A stretch of 52,829 bases of DNA from an uncultured Alphaproteobacteria bacterium (lineage in GTDB: Bacteria > Pseudomonadota > Alphaproteobacteria > JAJFIK01), in assembly GCA_964449455.1 (NCBI GenBank), contig CAYUYV010000012.1, positions 1 to 52,829 on the forward strand, read 5' to 3'. The position numbers and the translations under genes are program-made. Every line of letters starts with the position of its first letter. The first letter of the stretch is position 1. The notes under the pieces were generated by a model. The model was given only the letters and a program-made list of their open reading frames with translations. It searched no databases and was not told the origin of the DNA. Positions 46,201-52,829 of the stretch are shown one piece after another.

Positions 46201-48205
46201 CAAGAAAATGGGCATTACGGCGCGGGGTGCCTGGGAAGCGGTCAAACGCCATTTCCGTGAGCTGGGGACTGACATTCAAAAGACGCCTTTTACGGCTGTC
46301 GGCATCGGCGACATGTCCGGTGATGTGTTCGGCAATGGCATGCTGTTGTCGACCCAGACAAAACTCGTCGCGGCCTTTGATCACCGGGATATTTTTATCG
46401 ACCCTGATCCGGACCCTGCCCGCTCCTACGGGGAGCGCCAGCGCCTCTTCGCCCTGCCACGGTCCAGTTGGCAGGACTACAATCTGGATCTAATCTCAGC
46501 CGGCGGCGGCGTGTTCAGCCGTCAGCGCAAATCCATTCCCCTGTCGGAGGACATACGCAGGGTCCTTGGTGTGGCTGCAACAGCCATGACGCCCACGGAT
46601 CTTATCCGGGCCATCCTGGCGGCGCCGGTGGATCTTCTCTGGTTTGGTGGTATTGGGACCTATGTGAAGTCCGGCGAAGAAAGCAATTTCGATGTGGCGG
46701 ATCGGGCCAATGATGTTCTGCGCCTTGATGCGGATCAGGTGCGGGCTCGGGTCGTGGGTGAAGGCGCCAATCTGGGCTTTACCCAGCTCGGCCGCATCGA
46801 TTACGCAAGGGCGGGCGGGCGGATCAATACGGACTCGGTGGATAATGCCGGTGGTGTGGATTGCTCCGATCACGAAGTGAATATCAAGGTTGCGCTCGAT
46901 ACGGTGGTGGCCTCGGGCGAGCTGACCCGGGAGAGGCGCGACGTCCTGCTGGAGGACATGACCGATGTGGTCGCCGCTCTGGTGCTGCGGAACAATTACG
47001 ATCAGACCCTCGCGCTGTCGGTCGCGGAAATGGCGGGCCGGGACGATTTTGATGCCCATGGCCGTCTCATGCGCTGGCTGGAACGCCATGCCGGACTCGA
47101 CCGCGCCGTGGAATTTCTGTCCGATGAGGAAACCCTGGAAGAATTGAAAGAGCGGGGCCAGGGCCTGACCCGTCCAGAAATTGCTGTCCTGATGGCTTAT
47201 ACCAAGACCAAGCTGTTCGACACCCTGCTCGCCAGTGACGTGCCCGACGATCCGTGGCTGGAGCAGGATCTCATCCGCTATTTTCCCGCGGTTCTGGGCG
47301 AGCGCTATCGGCCGGCCCTGGCTACCCATCGGCTGCGCCGGGAGATCATCGCGACTGTCCTTGCCAATGATCTGGTGAACAAATCCGGACTGACGATGAT
47401 CCATCGGATCGAGGAGAGCATGGGCATCGCGGCGCCGGATATCGCCCGCGGCTATGTCATCACGCGGGAGATTTTCGGCCTGCCCTCCCTCCAGGACCGG
47501 ATCAATGGTCTTGATCTTGAGGTGCCTACGGATGTTCAGATCCGCAGTCACCGGCGCATTATCGAATTCATGCGCCGGCAGGTGCCCTGGTTCCTGCGCT
47601 ACCGGCCCATGGGTCTTGTCATTGAGCCGGTTGTTGAGGCCTATCGCGGTCCTGTCTTGCGCCTTGCGGCCGGCCTTGAGGACATGCTGTCCGCTTTTGA
47701 GTCCGAGCAGCTTGAACACACGCTGAACGAGGGGCGCAAGGACGGTCTTGAGGAAACCATCGCTCGGCCCCTGGCCTTGCTTGAGCCACTGTCCTCGGCC
47801 ACGGACATTATTGATATTGCCCGCAACTGGAACTGGACGCCCGAAGCAGCGGGTGCGGCCTATTTCTCCGTGGGGGCTGCGCTCAATCTCGATCGGCTGC
47901 GTTTTGCGGCCAGAAATCTGTCCTCGGATGAACATTGGGAGCGTCTTGCCATCAAGCGGGCCGTGGATGACCTGTTCCGTCAGCAGCGTTTTCTTGTGAA
48001 TGCGGCCATTGGCGCGGCGGTCGATAGCGGTCTTGATCATCCCGATGGGGAAACCGTCGCGGAGAACTGGCTCGCCCAACACCAGCACAATATCAATCGG
48101 GTCAATTCGCTGATTGCCGATATGACCGCGTCAGGACCGCTGACAGGCGCAAAACTCGCCCTTGCCGGCAGCCAGATCCGGGATCTCATGGCTGGCCTTG
48201 GATAA
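43205..48205 (+). CDS. gdhB: Large (about 180 kDa) NAD-specific glutamate dehydrogenase
   Basis: 1666-aa ORF with [39 protein letters not shown] and [13 protein letters not shown]....[12 protein letters not shown].DP, which are characteristic of the Bac_GDH family. Confidence 0.95.
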   Translation: [1666 protein letters not shown]

Positions 48206-48232
48206 GGCCGGCGCAAACGCGGGAGAAAGGCC

Positions 48233-48877
48233 GTGGGGAAAACCAAAACACCGACCTGGAATAGCCTGAAGGCCCTGGCACTTGGTCTTGATCTTCCGGG
48301 TGTTGAGGAAACCACTTCCTGGGGTCAGCCCTGCCTCAAGGCCCACAAGAAGCTCTGGGTCTGGTGGAGCCCCCACGAGGATGCGCCCGTCTTCAAGGTC
48401 CCCTTCGAGGAGCGGGAGATGCTCATCGAGGTCGATCCGGACACATACTTTTTTACCAACCACTACAAGAACCACACCCTCATTCTTGTGCGTCCCGACC
48501 GGCTCGATCTTGACTGGGCCCGGGCCAATCTGATCCGCGTGTGGCGGGCCCAGGCGCCGAAAAAACTTCTGAAAGCGTATGATGCAGATATGGGCATGCC
48601 TGGGCCTGCGGCGCAGAGTAAGCGGTGTACGGATGGTTCTGGTTCTGGTTCTGATTCTGGGGCTGCGCCAGGGGCTGGGGCCGGGCTGCCGGCAGGTCTC
48701 ACCGGTCCTGCTGTCCAGGCCTTGAACGATGCGGGCATTAACAGCCTTGAGGCCGTTGCGGCCGAGGGACGGGCCTCGATCGCGAGGCTGCGGGGCATTG
48801 GTCCGAGTGCCATGAAGTCCTTGGAAACGGCCCTGGCCGCCCATGGCCTGACATTCGCTGAACCGCCCGCCTCTTGA
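48233..48877 (+). CDS. MmcQ/YjbR-like protein fused through a Gly/Ser linker to a helix-hairpin-helix-like C-terminal domain
   Basis: GTG at 48233, preceded by GGAGAAAGG. The N-terminal ~125 aa are YjbR-like (LPGVEETTSWGQPCLKAHKKLW...). Linker GSGSGSDSGAAPGAGAG. C-terminus ...LNDAGINSLEAVAAEGRASIARLRGIGPSAMKSLE. Confidence 0.7.
   Translation: MGKTKTPTWNSLKALALGLDLPGVEETTSWGQPCLKAHKKLWVWWSPHEDAPVFKVPFEEREMLIEVDPDTYFFTNHYKNHTLILVRPDRLDLDWARANLIRVWRAQAPKKLLKAYDADMGMPGPAAQSKRCTDGSGSGSDSGAAPGAGAGLPAGLTGPAVQALNDAGINSLEAVAAEGRASIARLRGIGPSAMKSLETALAAHGLTFAEPPAS
48635..48658 (+). repeat. Hexanucleotide microsatellite (GGTTCT)x3 + GATTCT encoding the GSGSGSDS linker
   Basis: GGTTCT at 48635-48640, 48641-48646 and 48647-48652, then GATTCT at 48653-48658. 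Confidence 0.9.
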
Positions 48878-48905
48878 GTTTTGTCCTCGTTGGGCTCGTG
48901 GGACC

Positions 48906-48971
48906 TGGGACCCCAGATCATTTGGGACTCCTGAGCATCTGGGATCCTATATCATCTGGGACTGGTGGGAT
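48906..48971. repeat. Degenerate 17-bp-period tandem array carrying TGGGAY cores
   Basis: TGGGAC/T at 48899, 48906, 48923, 48940, 48957 and 48966. The central four are exactly 17 bp apart, and the units resemble nnnnnATCATCTGGGAC. Confidence 0.8.
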
Positions 48972-48981
48972 CTAATGTCGT

Positions 48982-49036
48982 GGATCAGAAGTCCGCATGA
49001 GACGTCTCGGCACGTCCGTCTGCGGACTTCTGATCC
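48982..49036. repeat. Perfect 16-bp inverted repeat (long hairpin), non-coding
   Basis: GGATCAGAAGTCCGCA (48982-48997), a 23-nt spacer, then TGCGGACTTCTGATCC (49021-49036). The spacer is itself partly self-complementary. A second 7-bp hairpin, ACACGAG...CTCGTGT, lies at about 49043-49070. Confidence 0.9.
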
Positions 49037-49142
49037 GAAAACGACACGAGAAACACCATATTGCTCGTGTGGCTCTTGCCATTATCGGTCACAGATGATC
49101 GGGATGGGCCCAGAAAGAACCCGGAGAGAGGAAGGACACGTC

Positions 49143-49811
49143 ATGAGCGTTACGACGGAACTGGTTGGTGATGTGGCGGTGGTCACGATGGATGACGGCA
49201 AGGCCAATGCCATTTCCATGGCCATGCTCGATGCTCTGGAGCCGGCCCTCGATTGGGCGCAGGAGAATGGCAAGGCCGTTGTTCTGGCGGGCCGGCCCGG
49301 CAAATTCTGTGCCGGGTTTGACCTCAAGGCCATGCAAGGTGCCGATGCCGCCACCATCGCAGCCCTTGTCAACCGCGGCGGGCGCTTGATCCTCCGGCTC
49401 TATGGCTATCCCCGGCCCCTGATTGCCGCTGTCGCAGGGCACGGCATCGCCCTTGGCTCCTTTATCCTGCTCGCCTGTGACACAAGGATCGGTGCGGACG
49501 GGCCTTACAAATATGGCCTCAACGAAACGGCGATCGGCATGGCCCTGCCTGTGTTCGGGCTGGAAATGGCCAAGGCCCGCCTTGCCCACTCCCATCTGAC
49601 CGCCTCGCCCATCCAGGCCAGGGTCTATGATCCGCACAGCGCCGTAGAGGCCGGGTTCCTGGACCGGGTTGTACCGGAGGCGGATGTTCTGTCCGAGGCG
49701 AAAGCGATTGCCACACAGATGGCCGCCATGCCTGGTGAAGCCTATGCAGCGAACAAAATTGGCATGCGGAAAGAAACCCTAGATACCATCGCGGCGAGCC
49801 TCACGCTGTAA
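49143..49811 (+). CDS. Crotonase/enoyl-CoA hydratase-family protein
   Basis: ATG at 49143, preceded by GGAAGGA. Product: VAVVTMDDGKANAIS...VVLAGRPGKFCAGFDLK...PLIAAVAGHGIALGSFILLACDTRIG. The upstream 56 codons of the track ORF were discarded. Confidence 0.88.
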   Translation: MSVTTELVGDVAVVTMDDGKANAISMAMLDALEPALDWAQENGKAVVLAGRPGKFCAGFDLKAMQGADAATIAALVNRGGRLILRLYGYPRPLIAAVAGHGIALGSFILLACDTRIGADGPYKYGLNETAIGMALPVFGLEMAKARLAHSHLTASPIQARVYDPHSAVEAGFLDRVVPEADVLSEAKAIATQMAAMPGEAYAANKIGMRKETLDTIAASLTL

Positions 49812-49829
49812 ATCGATGCCTGCCAGCGA

Positions 49830-49855
49830 CCCTGACCTGTGCTTGCGGGTCAGGG
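49830..49855 (+). terminator. Terminator-like hairpin after the crotonase gene (weak tail)
   Basis: CCCTGACC-tgtgcttgcg-GGTCAGGG: an 8-bp stem. CTTTTG occurs only about 12 nt downstream. Confidence 0.35.
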
Positions 49856-49886
49856 CATGACGCCGGTCTTTTGCCGAGCCATTGAG

Positions 49887-49899
49887 GTTTTTGAAAAAC
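49887..49899. promoter_or_regulatory. Palindrome GTTTTT-g-AAAAAC upstream of the TonB-dependent receptor gene
   Basis: Perfect 6-bp arms around a central G, about 120 nt upstream of the receptor ATG. Its function is unknown. Confidence 0.25.
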
Positions 49900-50016
49900 A
49901 CCGCCTAATCAACCTGTTGTGCGTACTGGTGCACTGTCATGGAACTGCCGCGTAAGCATCCTAGAAAATGAACAATGTGTGGGTGCTCTGGCACAGGTTG
50001 GATGGGAGACAGGGGT

Positions 50017-51942
50017 ATGGCGCAGGATTGGTTGAAAGCGGGCCTTTTGTCCGCAGTTGCCTGGTCGGTCTTGGCAAATGGTGCCGCGGCACAGATCGAG
50101 GTGGTGCCGGATGACGCGGCGGAAGACGAGGAAGTCATCACCGTTACGGGCAGCCTGACGCCGCGCCCGGCCAAGGAGCTGGGGAGCGCGATCTCCATCC
50201 TTGATGACACCTTTATCGAAGCCACCCAGAACATCATTGTCTCTGACATTCTGCGCACCGTGCCAGGTCTCGCCGTGAACCGGACCGGGCCCCAGGGGAC
50301 CTTGACCCAGGTGCGCATCCGCGGCGCCGAGGGCAACCAGACCCTGGTGTTCATCGACGGCGTTGAAGCCGCCAATCCCGTGTTCGGCGAATTCAACTTC
50401 GCCAATCTGGTGTCTGCCGATATCGAGCGGATCGAAGTGATCCGTGGGCCCCAGTCCGCCCTGTACGGCTCCGAGGCGATTGGTGGTGTGATTTCCGTGA
50501 TCACCAAGGCGCCCAAGCCCGGCCTCAATGGGGAAGTGGAGCTTGAAGGTGGATCCTTCGGCACCTATCGCGGTTTTGCGGCCCTTGGTGGCGGCACCGA
50601 GGTGTTCGGCCTGCGCGGTGCAGTTCAATACTATGATACCAACGGGGTCTCGACCTCTCCGACGGGGACGGAAGATGATGGTTTTGACAACCTGACAGCC
50701 AGTCTGAAGGGGGTCTTCAGCCCGTCAAACCGCCTGACGGTGGAGAGCGTGGTGCGCTACTCCGACAGTGAAGTCGAAACGGACATGCAGGAGTTCGCCT
50801 TCGGTACGGTCCAGGATGCGGCGACCACGTCGGAGTCGGAGGATTTGATCGCAAAGATCGATGCCACGGGCGCTCTCGTCGGTGACTGGCTCATGGGCCG
50901 CGCCTATGTGGCGTATACGGACACTGAAGTCACCAATTTCGATGATGGTGCCGAAACAAGCTTCAGCCGCGGTGATCGTTTGGATCTGGGTGTGCGCCTG
51001 ACGGCAGAAAAAACATTCGGTTTGACCGAACACAGCCTGACGGCCGCCGTTGAATATGAAGAAGTCGAGTTCGAGAACATCAACCAGAGCCAGAGCGACG
51101 AGCAGACTTCCATCGTCGGCGAATATAATTTCGGCTACGACAATCGGGCATTCTTGTCTTTCGCCGTCCGTCAGGACTTCAACGGTGAGTTCCAGGACGC
51201 CACCACCTACCGGGCCTCGGGCGCCTGGCTGCTGCCGCGCTGGGGCACGCGTTTCCATGCCAGCTGGGGCGAAGGCATCACCGACCCGACCTTCAATGAG
51301 CGCTTCGGCTTCAATCCCGACACCTTTATCGGCAACCCGGACCTGGTGCCGGAGCGCTCCACGGGCTGGGATATCGGCATCGAACAGGCCTTTTTTGGGG
51401 GCCGGGCCGTCATCGACATCACCTATTTCAACGCCAATCTTGAGGATGAGATCAGCAGCTCGTTCACTCTTATCGATGGCCAGTTCATCTCCTCACCGAT
51501 CAACAATCCGGGCGAGAGTGAGCGTCAGGGCGTCGAAGTGGTCTTCACGGCCGATCTTTATGAGGGCCTCAGCCTGACCGGTCAGTACACCTATCTTGAT
51601 GCGACGGGGGCGGATGGCCTTGTCGAGGTTCGCCGGCCGGAACATGTCGCCAGCGCCAACCTGTTCTACACCGGCCTTGAAAACCGTCTGAGCGTCAATC
51701 TGGGTGTGGACTATAACGGGGAGCAGGAAGACCTGTTTTTCGGGTTCTCCGATCCCAATTTCACCCCGCGCCGCACGCTCGACGCCTATACGCTTGTGCG
51801 TCTCGCCGTCTCCTATCAGGCATCGCAATATGTTCAGCTCTTTGCCCGCGGCGAGAACATTTTCGATGAGGAGTATGAAGAGGTGCTGGGCTTCAACGCC
51901 ACGGGCGCTGCCGGCTTTGTGGGCGTGCGCCTCACCTATTGA
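50017..51942 (+). CDS. TonB-dependent outer-membrane receptor (BtuB-sized, substrate unknown)
   Basis: Signal peptide MAQDWLKAGLLSAVAWSVLANGAAAQ, TonB-box-like EEVITVTG, plug motifs (VRIRGAEGNQTLVFIDGV, IEVIRGPQSALYGSEAIGGVI), and a beta-barrel ending ...GFVGVRLTY. Confidence 0.9.
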   Translation: MAQDWLKAGLLSAVAWSVLANGAAAQIEVVPDDAAEDEEVITVTGSLTPRPAKELGSAISILDDTFIEATQNIIVSDILRTVPGLAVNRTGPQGTLTQVRIRGAEGNQTLVFIDGVEAANPVFGEFNFANLVSADIERIEVIRGPQSALYGSEAIGGVISVITKAPKPGLNGEVELEGGSFGTYRGFAALGGGTEVFGLRGAVQYYDTNGVSTSPTGTEDDGFDNLTASLKGVFSPSNRLTVESVVRYSDSEVETDMQEFAFGTVQDAATTSESEDLIAKIDATGALVGDWLMGRAYVAYTDTEVTNFDDGAETSFSRGDRLDLGVRLTAEKTFGLTEHSLTAAVEYEEVEFENINQSQSDEQTSIVGEYNFGYDNRAFLSFAVRQDFNGEFQDATTYRASGAWLLPRWGTRFHASWGEGITDPTFNERFGFNPDTFIGNPDLVPERSTGWDIGIEQAFFGGRAVIDITYFNANLEDEISSSFTLIDGQFISSPINNPGESERQGVEVVFTADLYEGLSLTGQYTYLDATGADGLVEVRRPEHVASANLFYTGLENRLSVNLGVDYNGEQEDLFFGFSDPNFTPRRTLDAYTLVRLAVSYQASQYVQLFARGENIFDEEYEEVLGFNATGAAGFVGVRLTY

Positions 51943-52518
51943 TCACGATGACTTGCCGGCGCGACCGATTGGCTTGGCCATGGTCGCGCCAGGCACCGCG
52001 ACGCCTGTCGATGTCGGCACGTCACGGCGTTCGACGACGGTAAATCCGTAGGCGGCATAAAGCGGTTCCCCGGCCATGGTGGCGAACAGCTCCAGGCGCG
52101 TGAACCCTTCTGAGGCCGCTGCATTTTCGCACAGTTCCAGAATGCGCCGGCCGATGCCCCGGCGGGTAAAGTCCGGGTCCGTATACATGGCCCGGACACG
52201 GGCCGCTTCTGTCTCCGGATTGAGCAGGCGGGCGCTGCGACCTGCCGTGTGGTCCCCGCCGAACAGGGTTGCGCGGCGGCCCCATCCTCCGCATCCCACA
52301 ATCCGCTCTGACCGCCTTTCGGGCTCGCCATCGGTGATCACGAAATAGGTGGCGTCCTCGATCAATTGTGTGTCGACACCCATGATCTCGAAATGGGCTT
52401 CGAGGAGTGCGGCATCCACCTGGGATCCAATCAGATGACGGATGGACCGGTCCATCAGATCCTTCAGGACCGGCAGGTCGGACAGCCGCGCCAGCCGGTG
52501 TTCCACACGCGTTCCCAT
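51943..52518 (-). CDS. GNAT-family N-acetyltransferase
   Basis: 191 aa. Acetyl-CoA binding motif region ...MYTDPDFTRRGIGRRILELCENAA...GF..LEL. Confidence 0.82.
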   Translation of the reverse strand: MGTRVEHRLARLSDLPVLKDLMDRSIRHLIGSQVDAALLEAHFEIMGVDTQLIEDATYFVITDGEPERRSERIVGCGGWGRRATLFGGDHTAGRSARLLNPETEAARVRAMYTDPDFTRRGIGRRILELCENAAASEGFTRLELFATMAGEPLYAAYGFTVVERRDVPTSTGVAVPGATMAKPIGRAGKSS

Positions 52519-52616
52519 GGTCCATCCCTCATTTCACTGGTTTCAATCCTGGTGCTGCCAGTATGGTCCTGCCCACCCGATCAAAATCCCGGTCAACGCC
52601 GCCGGAGCAGCCCGCC

Positions 52617-52808
52617 ATGACCCTGGACTTTACCCAGACCGTCGCCTTCACAGCCTTCGGCACCTTGAGCCTAATGGCCTGCGTGCTCTTTCTGCTGGAC
52701 CCGATGACCCGCCAGCGGCAGGCCTGGGCGATCCCCGCCCTGTTTGCCCTTCTGACCTGGTTCGCCCTGTCGAACCTAGTGTGGCGGGTCAGGAATTCGC
52801 CCGCATGA
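52617..52808 (+). CDS. Possible small two-TM membrane protein
   Basis: ATG at 52617 inside ORF 52407..52808. Product: MTLDFTQTVAFTAFGTLSLMACVLFLLDP...AIPALFALLTWFALSNLVW. No homology recognised. Confidence 0.3.
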   Translation: MTLDFTQTVAFTAFGTLSLMACVLFLLDPMTRQRQAWAIPALFALLTWFALSNLVWRVRNSPA

Positions 52809-52829
52809 TCGGCGGGCTCCGTAGCGAAT

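Noticed and set aside
43868-48088. Long minus-strand ORFs inside the NAD-GDH gene (43868-44665, 44666-46384 and 46496-48088; up to 572 aa).
   Set aside because: They are antisense to a strongly recognisable 1666-aa gene. Their composition is Arg/Gly/Pro/His-rich, as expected from reverse-complemented GC3-rich codons. No motifs are present, and they are interrupted by stops at arbitrary positions.
51937-51948. Stop codons of the TonB-dependent receptor and the GNAT gene abut within the palindrome TGATCA, leaving a zero-nt gap.
   Set aside because: It is a neat arrangement but probably a trivial consequence of compact convergent genes. No structure or motif beyond the 6-bp palindrome.
1-52829. 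Search for CRISPR arrays, transposases or IS ends, integrases, prophage genes, toxin-antitoxin pairs, or known defence genes.
   Set aside because: None seen. No arrays of regularly spaced identical repeats, no DDE, serine or tyrosine recombinase-like ORFs, no terminal inverted repeats flanking a gene block, and no nuclease/ATPase/methylase combinations suggestive of defence systems.

Overview
High-GC bacterial chromosomal segment. The gene content and order look alphaproteobacterial: dnaK, then hrcA-grpE lying divergent from rph-rdgB-hemW, plus NnrU and SPOR proteins and the giant NAD-glutamate dehydrogenase. I support about 45 protein-coding genes. The left third is housekeeping: dnaK (partial and missing from the ORF track because it runs off the window), alkB, a TerC-family protein, an orphan exbD, grpE, hrcA, rph, rdgB and hemW. 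The middle is more accessory-looking. It holds an isochorismatase-family gene, an alpha/beta-hydrolase, AraC and TetR regulators, three hybrid histidine kinase/response regulators, two MATE exporters, a type I Baeyer-Villiger monooxygenase, a class-C-beta-lactamase-like serine hydrolase, a flavin reductase, an ABC exporter, a nitrilase with a GATase1 partner, and adhC. The right third has an M3 oligoendopeptidase, a SPOR lipoprotein, a DEDDh exonuclease, the 1666-aa NAD-GDH, a YjbR-like protein, a crotonase, a TonB-dependent receptor and a GNAT. I found no tRNA or rRNA genes, no CRISPR array, no transposase, integrase or phage genes, and no recognisable defence island. I cannot point to a convincingly novel multi-gene system. 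The best candidates for follow-up are: (1) the divergent MATE-BVMO versus serine-hydrolase/flavin-reductase/ABC-exporter cluster and the repeat-bearing promoter region between its two arms; (2) a structured non-coding region at 48.9-49.1 kb with a 17-bp-periodic TGGGAY array and a perfect 16-bp inverted repeat; (3) an apparently frameshifted TolB_N-like/TPR membrane protein; (4) an unusual number of short (15-21 bp) tandem duplications, several of them inside or abutting genes. Many long ORFs in the supplied track are antisense shadows typical of high-GC DNA and were rejected.
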